64,000 bases of DNA from an uncultured Acidobacteriota bacterium (GCA_963843575.1 CAWJKZ010000024.1:32001-96000), one strand, 5' to 3'. Shown: positions 1 to 11,093, counted from the stretch's first letter. Notes: generated by a model not told the origin, from the sequence alone. Made by a program: numbers and translations.

Positions 1-674
1 CGAGCGCACGGGTCCCTCCGGCCCTGCGCCGCGTGCGGATCCCGGAGAAGACGAAGGTCGGCGAGTACCTCGTCGTCGATTCGGTCGCGGGGCTCATATC
101 CCTGGTTCAGATCGGCATTCTCGAGATCCACACGTGGAATTCCCGCGTCGGCAACATCGAGCAGCCGGACCGCATCGTCGTCGACATCGATCCCGGCCCC
201 GAGGTGAAACCGGCACGAGTCGTCGAGGCGGCCCGCTTGGCGCGCCGCGTCCTGAATGAATTCGGACTGGAAAGTTACGTCAAGACGACGGGGGGCGCGG
301 GGCTTCACGTCGTCGCGCCGCTCGAGCCGGCGGCGGGCTGGGATGAATGCCTCGAGTTCTCTCGCCGCGTCGCCCAACTTATGGTGCGCACGGATCCCAC
401 GTGCTACACGACGAGATTCCCGAAAAAAGGCCGGGAGCGGAAGATTCTCGTCGACATCCTGCGCAATAGCCGCGCCAGCACATCGGTCGCGGCGTTCTCG
501 ACGCGGGCTCGGGAGGGAGCCCCGGTGTCGGCCCCGCTGACATGGGAGGAGCTGCGCCCCGGGCTGCTCGTCCGGCCATTCACGATGCGGTCCGTCGTGC
601 AGCGCCTGAAACGCCTGAAGGGCGATCCGTGGGCCGGCTATGGGCTTTCCCGCCAGCAACTCCCCTCCATTTAG
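1..674 (+). CDS. ligD: LigD polymerase/primase domain (NHEJ), 5' end outside window
   Basis: ORF 33..674 has [45 protein letters not shown] and C-terminal DPW, typical of LigD Pol domains. Confidence 0.85.
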   Translation, partial: SARVPPALRRVRIPEKTKVGEYLVVDSVAGLISLVQIGILEIHTWNSRVGNIEQPDRIVVDIDPGPEVKPARVVEAARLARRVLNEFGLESYVKTTGGAGLHVVAPLEPAAGWDECLEFSRRVAQLMVRTDPTCYTTRFPKKGRERKILVDILRNSRASTSVAAFSTRAREGAPVSAPLTWEELRPGLLVRPFTMRSVVQRLKRLKGDPWAGYGLSRQQLPSI

Positions 675-712
675 CGGGCTTTTCTGCTATGCTCCGCCGT
701 CAGGAGGAAAAC

Positions 713-1644
713 ATGCCCAGGCCACAAAGCAGGATTGCAGCCGGATGGTGGGACTACACCACCCTCGATCCTTCCATATTGCGCGACGCCGCCGGCTTGA
801 CGCCGGGTCAGATGCAGGGCCTCTCGCGCGACGGGTTCCAGGTGCGTTTCTACGACACGCTCGAGGATTTCTATCTCGCGGAGGCGCTGGAGTACATCGA
901 GGCGTGGCGCCAGGCAACGCCGGATCGCCCCGCGGGGATCTGCGGCCCAATCGGCCCCACGGAGCAGCTGCCGCTGGTCGCGCGTCTGGTGAACGCGCTC
1001 GACCTGCCGCTGCGCCACGCGCACTTCTGGGGCATGGACGAGTGGGTGCTCGAGGGCAAGGAGGTTGCGGAAACCCACCCGCTTTCGTTCGCGCGCGCGG
1101 ACCGTGAGCTCTGTTTCGACCGCATCCGCCCGGAACTTGCCATGCCCGAGGAGAACCTGCACTTCCCGAAGGCCGATCCCCGCGAGTACGTCTCCTCGTG
1201 GGAGAGGGCGCGCTGCGTCGTCATGCAGGGCGGGCAGGGGGACGTCAAGCACTGGGCCTTCAACGATCCCTTCCCGCGCGCAGGGACGGTACAGTATCCG
1301 ACCCGCCGGCGCCGGAGGAATACCTGCGGTTGAACACGCGGGTGGTCGATCTGCACCCGGTGACGATCATGCAAAACGCCCGCACCTCGGGCGGAGGCAG
1401 GCTCGACCTCGTCCCCAGCCAGGCCGTTTCCGTGGGCCCGCTGCAGACCTGGAAGGCCGAGCGGGTCTCGATCTGGCACGCGGGCACGCACGACAACCCG
1501 TTCGGTATGCGGCTCACCACCCTCATGATCGGAAAGAAGATCCCCGACTCCTCGGTCCCGATGTCCCTGCTTGCCCTGCACCCGAACGTGCAGTTCAACT
1601 TCTACCGCCCGGCGGTGGCGTCCCTCTCGGTCGAAATGCACTGA
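713..1644 (+). CDS. Glucosamine-6-phosphate deaminase/isomerase (NagB-like) family protein, frameshifted near 1280-1305
   Basis: AGGAGG RBS then ATG 713; GMDEW and KHWAFNDP correspond to NagB NLDEY and GHIAFNEP; second frame (1198..1644) carries TRVVDL and [12 protein letters not shown]. Confidence 0.75.
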
Positions 1645-1668
1645 CGGCCCATGGTCGGAGATACTGAA

Positions 1669-2856
1669 ATGCCATCGATTCACACCACCGCGGTTCACGC
1701 GGGTGAACGTGCGCCGAAGCCGGAGTTTGTCCCCGTGTCCACGCCCGTCTATGCCAGCTCCAGCTTCTTCTATTCGGACATGGAGACCCTGGACGCGGCG
1801 TTTGCCGGCACCTACGGCGGCCCGATGTACACACGGTACGGCAACCCGACGGTTTCGGCGTTGGAGACCGCCGTGGCGGCCCTGGAGGGCGGGGAAACGG
1901 CGCTGGCCTACGGCTCGGGGATGGCCGCCATCCACGGGGCGCTGCTGGGGGCGGGGGTGCGCTCCGGTACGACCGTGGTTGCGGGCCACGACGTCTATGG
2001 GGCGACCTACACGCTGCTCGACAACCTGATGTCCGGCCTGGGGGTCCGGGTACGGTTCGCCGACGCTTCAGACAGCGCCGGATTCAAGGCCGCGATCCGT
2101 GAAGCCGGTCCCGTCGCCGTCGTCGTCGAAACCATCTCCAATCCGCTTCTCAAGATGCCGGACCTGGAGGAGCTTTCGGAAGTGTGCCGTTCCGTGAAGG
2201 CGGCGCTGATCGTCGACAACACGTTCGCCACCCCCTACCTGTGCCGGCCGCTGGCGCTGGGGGCCGACTTCGTCGTGCACAGCGCCACCAAGTACCTTGG
2301 CGGCCACGGCGACGTCCTTGGGGGCGTCGTGGTCACCTCCGCGGAGCGGCGCAAGTCGCTGTTCGAGATCAACAAGCTGCTCGGCGCCAACCTCGGCCCG
2401 CAGGAGGCCTGGCTCGTGCTGCGCGGCATAAAGACGCTCCCCCTCAGGGTGCAGCGGCACTGCGAGAACGCCGCGTCGGTTGCGGCCTGGCTGGCTGTGC
2501 ACGCGAAAATCGAGCGGGTCAACTACCCCGGGCTCGCGACGCACCCGCAGCACGATCTGGCCGTCCGGTTGCTGGAGCGGGGCCTCTTTGGCGCTATGAT
2601 CAGCTTCGACCTGCGAGACGGGAGCCGGGCGCGGGTTTTCCGTTTCATGGAAGCGCTCAAGCTCGTGCTCCCCGCGACCACCCTTGGCGACGTCTACAGC
2701 CTGGTGTTGTACCCGGCCATGTCGTCGCACCGGGCTCTCGACCCGGCGACGCGGCAGAGGATCGGTATCGGCGACGGTCTGGTGCGGCTCTCGGTTGGCA
2801 TCGAGGACCCCGCCGACATCATCGCGGACCTCGGCCAGGCGCTCGCGCGCGCCTGA
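1669..2856 (+). CDS. PLP-dependent trans-sulfuration enzyme (cystathionine gamma-synthase/lyase or methionine gamma-lyase family)
   Basis: YTRYGNPT, GSGMAA, DNTFATP, PLP-lysine motif HSATKYLGGHGD, RLSVGIED. Confidence 0.9.
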   Translation: MPSIHTTAVHAGERAPKPEFVPVSTPVYASSSFFYSDMETLDAAFAGTYGGPMYTRYGNPTVSALETAVAALEGGETALAYGSGMAAIHGALLGAGVRSGTTVVAGHDVYGATYTLLDNLMSGLGVRVRFADASDSAGFKAAIREAGPVAVVVETISNPLLKMPDLEELSEVCRSVKAALIVDNTFATPYLCRPLALGADFVVHSATKYLGGHGDVLGGVVVTSAERRKSLFEINKLLGANLGPQEAWLVLRGIKTLPLRVQRHCENAASVAAWLAVHAKIERVNYPGLATHPQHDLAVRLLERGLFGAMISFDLRDGSRARVFRFMEALKLVLPATTLGDVYSLVLYPAMSSHRALDPATRQRIGIGDGLVRLSVGIEDPADIIADLGQALARA

Positions 2857-3085
2857 GTTCGTCGAGCGCCGAGACTCGGGAAAACCGCACCTGCAGGTCC
2901 CTGCGCAGTAACTCTGCGTGGGATTCGATTCAACACCCTCATCGATTCGTCACGGATACCGTGGCCGCGATCATCCCGTGCGGGCGCCGTGTCAGCGGCA
3001 GGTCCGGCGACACCAATCCCACGAATTCCCATCCAAATCGAGGGTGCCTTCGTGTAACAATCCGGGAAAACGGACGGAGGCACGA

Positions 3086-4396
3086 ATGGACGACAACCGG
3101 ATTACGCGCAGGACTTTTCTGGACCGCACGGCTCCGCTGATCGCGGCGCCGGCTTTGTCGGCGCTCTCTTACGGACGCATCCCGGGAGCGAACGACCGCA
3201 TCACGCTCGGGCATATCGGCGTCGGCAACCGCGGGCGCGGCCTGGAGTGGATAGTGTCGCAGCTCGCCAGAAAGCTGAATGTCGAGCTGACCTCGGTTTG
3301 CGATCTTTGGAGGGTGAACCGGGAACGTGCCGCCGTCGCGGCGCAGAAGTACTATGGGCGCCCCGCGCGCGCGTTCCAACGCATGGACGACCTGCTGGCT
3401 CTGAAGGACGTGGATGCGATTCTCATTTCCACACCGGAGCACCAGCACTCACCCATGCTGAAGCGCGTCGCGGAAGCCGGCAAACACGCCTACTGCGAGA
3501 AACCCATGGGGAACGTGCTCGAGGAGGCGAAGGCGGCGCGCGACGCCGTCCTGTCGCGCAACCTGATCGTCCAGGTGGGAACGCAGCGCCGCAGCGAGCC
3601 CTACCAGGTGGCGGCGCAGAAGTTGTTCCGTTCCGGGGCGTGCGGCGAAGTCAGCAAGGTGGAGGTGGTGTGGAACTATCACGGCCCCCGCTGGCGCGGG
3701 CGCCCGGAAGTGAAGCAGATCCGTGAAGAGGACATCGACTGGCGCGAGTGGCTGATGACCCGGCCCTATCGTCCCTTCGATCCCCGGCTCTATTTCGAAT
3801 ACCGCCTGTACAGGGAATTTTCCAGCGGCATCCCCGATCAGTGGATGAGCCACGGGATCGACCTGGTGCACTGGTTCATGGACGATCATTTCCCCCGCTC
3901 CGTGGTCTCAAACGGCGGCGTGTTTGCCTGGCACGACGGGCGCGAAAATCCCGACACCTTCGAAACGCTGCTCGATTATCCCAAGGGCTTCCTGGTCAGC
4001 TACTCCACCAGCTTCGGAAACGACGCACCCAGCCACATCCGTTTCATGGGCAAGAAAGCCACCCTGATGAATTTCGGCACGGAGGGAACCCCTCGCTGGA
4101 AGTGGGTGGAAGAAAAGGGGAATTTCGAAGAGACCCCGGAGATTCAGCGGGAGGAGAAATGGGTGTCCCTGCCCGGCGACGGCGGCAAGGGACCGGCGAT
4201 GACCCCCGACGAGGATCTCTCTCACGTGTCGAACTGGCTGGAAGCCATACGCGCCGGGAAACAGCCTTCGGCGCCGGTACAGGCTGGGTATGCCCACTCG
4301 GTTGCCTGCATTATGGCCACGCGTTCTTATTGGGAGGGGAAAAAGCTCTACTGGGATCCGGCGACGGAGTCCATCGTCGACCGCGCTCCGGCATAA
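3086..4396 (+). CDS. Gfo/Idh/MocA family oxidoreductase with Tat signal
   Basis: GGAGG RBS; ITRRTFL twin-arginine motif; IGVGNRG Rossmann motif; YCEKP; VQVGTQRRS. Confidence 0.9.
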   Translation: MDDNRITRRTFLDRTAPLIAAPALSALSYGRIPGANDRITLGHIGVGNRGRGLEWIVSQLARKLNVELTSVCDLWRVNRERAAVAAQKYYGRPARAFQRMDDLLALKDVDAILISTPEHQHSPMLKRVAEAGKHAYCEKPMGNVLEEAKAARDAVLSRNLIVQVGTQRRSEPYQVAAQKLFRSGACGEVSKVEVVWNYHGPRWRGRPEVKQIREEDIDWREWLMTRPYRPFDPRLYFEYRLYREFSSGIPDQWMSHGIDLVHWFMDDHFPRSVVSNGGVFAWHDGRENPDTFETLLDYPKGFLVSYSTSFGNDAPSHIRFMGKKATLMNFGTEGTPRWKWVEEKGNFEETPEIQREEKWVSLPGDGGKGPAMTPDEDLSHVSNWLEAIRAGKQPSAPVQAGYAHSVACIMATRSYWEGKKLYWDPATESIVDRAPA

Positions 4397-4593
4397 GTAA
4401 CGACGGAGAAGGCCGGTACTTTCCGGGACTTCGTTTCCGTGACCTCAGGCACCATGTCGTGACAAGGCTGGCCCTGAGACGGGGGAATTGAGACGCTGAA
4501 TCCTCCGATCGGATCCGCCGCCCCTGTGCCGGCCGAATCAGTGCAGCCGCTCAATAAAACCGATCCTTGATGGCTGTAGGCTGTCGGGAGGGT

Positions 4594-4670
4594 TGGTCGG
4601 GGCATCCAGATTTGAACTGGAGACCTCCTGCGCCCAAGGCAGGCGCGCTACCAGACTGCGCTATGCCCCG
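4594..4670 (-). tRNA. tRNA-Pro (TGG)
   Basis: Reverse complement CGGGGCATAGCGCAGTCTGGTAGCGCGCCTGCCTTGGGCGCAGGAGGTCTCCAGTTCAAATCTGGATGCCCCGACCA folds as a cloverleaf with TGG anticodon and encoded CCA. Confidence 0.95.
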
Positions 4671-4695
4671 ACCCTGTGAAGGCCAACATTTTAGC

Positions 4696-5325
4696 TCAGC
4701 GGCGCGGCGACCGCCAGTCCCGCAGTCGCGCGACCAGCGCGGCGGCGGCGCGGGCGCGGTGGCTCAACCGGTTTTTCTCCTCGTCTGTCAACTCGGCGTA
4801 GGTGCGGCCGAGCTCCGGTAACTGGAAGATCGGGTCGTACCCGAAGCCGTTGACACCGCGCGGCAGCCACCCGATGGTTCCCCGGCACTCGCCTTCGGCT
4901 TCGGCCAGGAGTTCGCCTGTGCGGGCGAGCGCGAGGGCACAGACGAACCGGGCGGCCCGGTCCGCTCCGGCGCCGTCGAGTTCGGCCAGCAGCTTGCGGT
5001 TGCGGTCCGCGTCGGTCGCGCCCGGGCCGGCGTAGCGTGCCGAATAGATCCCGGGCCGCCCTCCCAGCGCGAACACCTCCAGCCCGGAATCGTCCGCCAG
5101 CACCGGAAGGTCGGTGGCGCGCGAGCAGGCGAGCGCCTTCTGGGCGGCGTTCTCCCGGAAGGAGGTCCCGGTTTCCTCGAATTCGGCCCGGATCCCGGCT
5201 TCGTCGAGGCCCATCAGCAGCCGCCAGCCCGCGGGTTCGAACAGGGCGCGGAACTCGCGCAGCTTGCCGGCGTTTCGGGTGGCGACCACGATCGGCTCGA
5301 GGTCTGGAAATACGTGCGGGGTCAA
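4696..5325 (-). CDS. rdgB: dITP/XTP pyrophosphatase (RdgB/HAM1)
   Basis: ATRNAGKLRE, DDSGL, PGIYSAR, GFGYDPIF, SHR motifs; follows rph. Confidence 0.95.
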   Translation of the reverse strand: MTPHVFPDLEPIVVATRNAGKLREFRALFEPAGWRLLMGLDEAGIRAEFEETGTSFRENAAQKALACSRATDLPVLADDSGLEVFALGGRPGIYSARYAGPGATDADRNRKLLAELDGAGADRAARFVCALALARTGELLAEAEGECRGTIGWLPRGVNGFGYDPIFQLPELGRTYAELTDEEKNRLSHRARAAAALVARLRDWRSPRR

Positions 5326-5346
5326 GATCGCGGCCTCATCGAAGGT

Positions 5347-6097
5347 TCAGGCGAGCGGCATGAGACGCTTGAGGTTGGCGCGCGCGCCCAGCGCTGTTTC
5401 CTGGTAGCCGACCAGCGTGCGGATCCCGGCGGAGCCGAGGGCGAGCATCTCCTGCAGCTGAGTGCCCGAAAACGACGATTTTTCGGCCGTCCCCTGGATT
5501 TCGACGTACTGCCCCTTGCCCGTGACCACCAGGTTCATATCCACTTCGGCCTTGGAATCCTCCGCGTAATCCAGGTCCAGGCACGCGATGCCCCCGACGA
5601 TGCCGACGCTGGTCGCTGCGATGTAGTCGATCAGCGGGCGAGAATTCGAGCAGACGCCTCGCCATGAGGTTGTCTACCGCCAGGGCCAGCGCCAGGAATC
5701 CGCCCGTGATCGAAGCGGTGCGTGTGCCCCCGTCGGCCTGAATGACGTCGCAGTCGATCAGCAGCGTCCGGGTGCCGAGCAGCGACAGGTTGACGATGCT
5801 GCGGAGGGACCGCCCGATCAGGCGCTGAATTTCCACCGTGCGGCCTGTCTGCTTGCCGCGGGCCGCCTCGCGCGGCGACCGGGTGCCCGTGGAACGCGGC
5901 AGCATCCCGTACTCCGCCGTGACCCAGCCCTGGTTCATGTGGTTCAGAAAGGGCGGGACCTTCTCCTCGACGCTGCACGTGCACACCACGCGCGTGTCCC
6001 CCACGCTGATCAGTACCGCCCCCTCGGCATGCCGGGTGTAGTCCAGCTCGATCTTGACTTCCCGAATTGCCTCGGGATCCCGCCCGCTCGGTCTCAT
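5347..6097 (-). CDS. rph: Ribonuclease PH, frameshift near 5637
   Basis: [49 protein letters not shown]; C-terminal frame has DMNLVVT and EIQGTAE. Confidence 0.93.
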
Positions 6098-6190
6098 CGT
6101 CGCCATCCGCTTGAGTAGGACGTGCATTCTACCACGCGGCTGCGGCGGGCCTCGGTTGAATTCACCGGTCGATTCCCCTACGATAAGGCC

Positions 6191-6934
6191 ATGAACTATT
6201 ACTCGAACTCCACCCGGGTTTTTTTCGGCGGCCCGGTGACGCGCACGGTAAAACTGCTCATTATAATCAACGTCGCCGTGTTCGCGTTGCAGACCATCCT
6301 GCGCGCCCTGGGCGGATATTCCCTGGTGGGCTACTTCGGCCTCATCCCGGCCGCGGTGACGTACGACCTCAGGGTCTGGCAGTTCGTCACGTACATGTTC
6401 CTTCACGGCGGCATCTTCCATATCTTCTTCAACATGCTGACTCTATTCATGTTCGGTAACGACCTGGAACGCTACTGGGGAACGCCCCGGTTCCTGAACT
6501 ACTACTTTCTCACGGGGATCGGCGCCGGCGTGTGTTCGTGGCTGGTTGCGATGAACAGCCGGAGCATCATCATAGGGGCCTCCGGGGCGATCTACGGGTT
6601 GTTGCTGGCCTACGGGATGCTTTACCCGAACCGCATCGTCTATCTGAACTTCCTGCTTCCGGTCAAGGTGAAGTGGCTCGTCCTGATCATGGGGGTGATG
6701 GCGTTCTTTTCCTCGATCGCCGGGGACGAGCCGGGCGTGGCGCACATCGCCCATCTCGGGGGCATGCTCGTCGGTTTTGTCTTCCTCAAATCCAAGGACT
6801 GGCTCGCGCAGTATCACGTCCATCAGGAGCAGAGAAAGCGGGAGCAGCTGAAGCGCCAGTTCGAGGTGTATTACGGCGACGTGCGGCGCAAGATCGACGA
6901 GGACAACAGGAAGGGTCCCCCGACGATACACTAG
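6191..6934 (+). CDS. Rhomboid family intramembrane serine protease
   Basis: [16 protein letters not shown], catalytic GASG and AHLGG motifs, multiple TM segments. Confidence 0.92.
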   Translation: MNYYSNSTRVFFGGPVTRTVKLLIIINVAVFALQTILRALGGYSLVGYFGLIPAAVTYDLRVWQFVTYMFLHGGIFHIFFNMLTLFMFGNDLERYWGTPRFLNYYFLTGIGAGVCSWLVAMNSRSIIIGASGAIYGLLLAYGMLYPNRIVYLNFLLPVKVKWLVLIMGVMAFFSSIAGDEPGVAHIAHLGGMLVGFVFLKSKDWLAQYHVHQEQRKREQLKRQFEVYYGDVRRKIDEDNRKGPPTIH

Positions 6935-6966
6935 CGCTGGCTTCAAACTCACTCACCGGGTCCCCC

Positions 6967-8485
6967 ATGTCCGAATCCAAAGAGTACGTTCTGGCCCTCG
7001 ACCAGGGCACATCCAGCTCGAAGGCATTTGTCTTTGATCGTCACGGGCGGATCATCAGCCGCGGCTCGTGCGATTTCCGCCAGATCTACCCGAAGCCGGG
7101 GTGGGTCGAGCACGACGCGGAGGAAATCTGGCAGTCGCAGCTGGCGGCGGCGCGACAGGCGCTCGGCGGTTCCGGGGTCGGGGCCGAGAAGATCGCGGCC
7201 CTAGGGCTGACCAACCAGCGTGAAACGACCGTCCTGTGGGACAGGCACACCGGGAAACCGGTGCACAACGCGATCGTCTGGCAATGCCGCCGCACGGCGG
7301 ACCGGTGCGAGGAGCTCAAAAAAGACGGGTTCGACGCGGTTTTGAAGGAGCGCACCGGGCTCGTCACGGACGCCTATTTCAGCGGCACCAAGGTCGCGTG
7401 GCTGCTGGATAACGTCGAGGGCTGCCGGGCCGCGGCCGAGCGGGGCGACGTCCTTTTCGGCACGGTGGATTCCTGGCTCATCTTCAACCTCACCGGCGGC
7501 CGAGTGCATGCCACCGACTGCTCCAACGCGTCCCGCACTCTCCTGTTCGACATCCACCGCGGGGAATGGGATCCGGAGATCCTCGCCCGGCTGCGCATAC
7601 CGCGACGCATGCTGCCGCAGGTCGTGGCGTCTTGCGGCGTCGTCGGCGAAACCGCACCGGAGCTGTTCGGCGTGCCGATCCCCATAGCCGGCATCGCGGG
7701 CGACCAGCAGGCGGCGCTCTTCGGCCAGACGGCCTTCGAGCCGGGAAAGGCCAAGAACACTTACGGCACGGGGTGTTTCATGCTCCTCAACACGGGCTCG
7801 AAAGCGATCCCGTCGAGTAACCTGCTGACGACCATCGCCTGGGGGATCGGGGGAAAGCTGACCTACGCGCTCGAAGGGAGCGTGTTCATCGCGGGCGCGG
7901 CGATCCAGTGGCTGCGCGACGAACTGAAAATTCTGGGCAGCGCGGCGGAAAGCGAGCCGATCGCTGCGTCGGTGCCCGATTCTGGCAGGCGTCTACTTCG
8001 TGCCGGCGTTCGTGGGCCTCGGGGCTCCGTACTGGGACCCGTTCGCCCGGGGCACCATCGTCGGACTGACCCGCGGCTCGGGCCGGGCTCACATCGTGCG
8101 GGCCACCCTGGAGTCAATCGCCTATCAGACGCGCGACGTCCTGGAGGCGATGGAGCGCGATTCAGGCCTGGCGCTGCAGGTACTCGGAGTCGACGGCGGC
8201 GCCGCCGTCAACAACGTGCTCTGCCAGTTCCAGGCCGACATCCTTGGTGTACCGGTGGAGCGGCCGGGAGTGCACGAGACGACGGCGCTCGGGGCCGCCT
8301 ACCTCGCCGGGCTGGCCACGGGAGTGTGGGCAAACCTACCGGAGATCTCGGCCAACCATCGGGTCGAGGCGCGCTACGCCCCCGCCATGGATCCTGCCCA
8401 AAGGGCGCGCCTGTACGCCGGCTGGTCCCAAGCCGTTACGGCCGCTCTCGGGGACGGACCTGAGAAATCTCATTCATCTCAATGA
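6967..8485 (+). CDS. glpK: Glycerol kinase, frameshift near 7988
   Basis: [41 protein letters not shown]; second frame [12 protein letters not shown] and ETTALGAA. Confidence 0.95.
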
Positions 8486-8546
8486 CATATCGGGGGAAAG
8501 CACTCTAAAACGGGCCTTACTTCGTTTTATTAGGGCGTCGAAAGAT

Positions 8547-8574
8547 TTCACTTTTGGGTGCACCCGAAAGTGAA
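8547..8574. repeat. 28-bp near-perfect palindrome
   Basis: TTCACTTTTGGGTG|CACCCGAAAGTGAA, 13/14 complementary (one G-T). Confidence 0.85.
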
Positions 8575-8654
8575 CCACGGAATACGACTGAACGCGAGAT
8601 GGCGCTTTGCACCTTCCCTTCTCAGTTTGAGAAAAACGCACGCCAAAACCTGAA

Positions 8655-8682
8655 ATTAAGGCCTGTTAATTCAGGCCTTAGT
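8655..8682. repeat. 11-6-11 inverted repeat
   Basis: ATTAAGGCCTG TTAATT CAGGCCTTAGT; 10/11 arm match, perfect 9-bp core TAAGGCCTG/CAGGCCTTA. Confidence 0.8.
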
Positions 8683-8732
8683 TCTCGCTGAACACAAAAA
8701 CAAAAAAAGACTTACCTCGGTCTAGACCTCTC

Positions 8733-10927
8733 CTAAAAGCCGGGGCCCAGAGAGAGGTAGAAGTTGAACCGGCCGCCTTCGCCCAAGCCGGCGGTGAGTC
8801 GGGCGGGTCCGAGCGCCGTATCGATGGAGAGCTCCCACGCCGGCGCCGTGGTACAGGGCGAACCGGTAGGGGGACGATTCCCGCACGCTCACGGCGGCGA
8901 CGTTGTAGGATCCCGTCAGGAAAATGCGCTTGGCGAAGCTGATCGGGCGGGCGAACATCTCGCGCCGATAGCTCAGCGAGGCGATCCCCAACTGGCGCGC
9001 CAGGAGTTCGTCGCGGCTGTACCCGAGCAACTGCCGCGGGCCGCCGTCGGAGAAGGTGAAGCCACCGACATAGAGGCTGTCATAAAACGGGATGTTTCCT
9101 TCCGTGTAGCCGGCGGTGCCGCGGAACGCCAGCGTCGATTTGCCGGTCAGCGGGAGAAAACGGTCGATATCGAGCTGCCATTTCCAGTAGTCGAAGTCGC
9201 TTCCCATCGACACACTCCTCCGGTCCATCTGAAACCGGAGGGACATGCCGTTGCTGGGGTACTCCTGGGCATCAAGCGTGTCTCGGTTGATCCGCAAGGT
9301 TAGGCCGGCAAGCTGCCGCGGGTCGGCCTGCAGGTTCGGCGAGGTGCCGCCGCGCACCGAGATGCGGTCCAGGCGGTAGCCGAATTCGACTTCCAGGCGT
9401 TTGAAGAAAGTGCCGCCCAGCATCAACTGTCCGCCGACACGCCGGTCGGTGTACTGGTCGATCGAGGTGATGGTCGCGCACGTCCATCCGTTCGCGGCGG
9501 CGCAGGTGCACCTTCGGCTCGACGTACAGGAAGGGTAGCGCCGGAGAGATGTAGCGGAGTGCCGGCGGAGTGGTTTTGCAGGCCTCCGAATTGGCTCGAA
9601 AGGGTGGCGCTCGAATAGCTGTTGAAGAGCTGTCGCGCCGTGATCTCGGCCAGGGCGACGAATTTGTAATCGTTGTCGTACCGGATGCTGGCGCCGAGCG
9701 TGTTTAGGGGCGATTCCTTCAGGATGTAGTTCAGCCGGTACTTGTCTTCGCCGACCGGTTCGAGGCTGCAGTCGACGCGATCGAACAGCCGGGTGGCATA
9801 GAGCCGGCTCAAGGTCCCTGTGCGAGCACCTCCGGCCTAGTTTCTGGCCCGTCCTGGTCCGGATGTCGTTCCGGAGTTGCCGCGCGGGCACGTTGTGGAG
9901 GCCCTGAAACGAAATGGCGGTCACGATCGCGGGGAGGGGGCTGGGGGCTCGGCCTGCGGGCTCGGAGCTTTCACGGCGAGCGAGCCGATGAGCCCTCTCA
10001 GGTCCGGGACACGGCGCTCGGCCCCGCGTTCGCCCCGTTTGAGGATCTCGCGGACGCGGGTGTAGTCGCTGTAGATGAACTCGTCCAGTTCCGGCCGGAT
10101 CACGACGTCGGCCAGCTTGCTGTTACCGTCGACCGACTGGCGCATGATCATGCTGATCGACTGGTCCATGACGTCGATGAACGTGCGGATGGCGTCCTTT
10201 TTCAGCAGCGGCGATGTGACGTCCACGGCGATGACGAAGTCGGCCCCCATGGACCGGGCGATGTCGGTCGGGAGGTTATTCACCAGCCCGCCGTCGACCA
10301 GCAGCATGTCCCCTTTTTCGACCGGGGTGAACAGCATCGGGATCGCGATCGACGCGCGCAGGGCTTCGGTCATGGGGCCGTCGCGAAAGATGTACTCCTT
10401 GCCGGTGATCAAGTCCGTGGCCACGGCCCGAAAGGGTATTGGCAGCCTGTCGAAGTCGTAGCGCGCCGCCAGCATGCGTTCCGTCGTGAGCGAGTTGAGG
10501 ATTTCCGTCAGCTTCTGACCGCTCCAGAGCCCGGTCGGCAGTTCCGGGCTGTACCCCTGGAACGCGAGCTGGCCCTGGTAGCGGAAATTCTTTCGCTCCA
10601 GCAAGGGGGAGAGGCGTCGGTCGGGCGCGTCGGAGAATACCCTGTCCCACTCCTGCTTGGTGAAAATGTCCTCGATCTGCGCGGCGCTGTAGCCGACCGC
10701 GTACAGGCCGCCGATCAGCGCGCCGAAGCTCGTGCCCGCGATGTAGTCGACGTGAATCCCTTCGCGTTCGAGCACCTTCAGGACGCCGATGTGGGCGGCC
10801 CCCCGCGCTCCTCCCCGCTCAGCGCGAGGCCGATTTTCCGCGGTGTCTCCGCCCTGGCGCAGGCGGGGATCAGCGCCAGGAGTGCGACGACAAGAAACAG
10901 CGTTTTGCGACCAGAATCCGTTTTCAC
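8733..10927 (-). CDS. Patatin-like phospholipase fused to POTRA and beta-barrel (PlpD/type Vd-like), several frameshifts
   Basis: GTG 10927 with GAGG RBS and signal peptide (LFLVVALLALIPACARA); KIGLALSG, GTSFG, DGG; POTRA-like RLYATRLFDRV; alternating beta strands ending FNFYLSLGPGF-stop. Confidence 0.8.
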
Positions 10928-11093
10928 CGGGACTACCTCACGATGGCGGAATTCTACATCAGCAGGGTGGCGATTGAGGCCAGGATCGAGCGGGTGCGGC
11001 GGGGCGGAGTCGGCCGGGCGCGGCCCGGGATAGTCGGCGGTGACGCGGGCGGGACCGGTGCGCGACCCCGCCCGCGTTTTCAAGCGTCACTCC

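Noticed and set aside
8655-8682. Chromosomal dif site
   Set aside because: Geometry is 11-6-11 but there is no TTATGTTAAAT-like XerD arm; kept only as an unexplained inverted repeat
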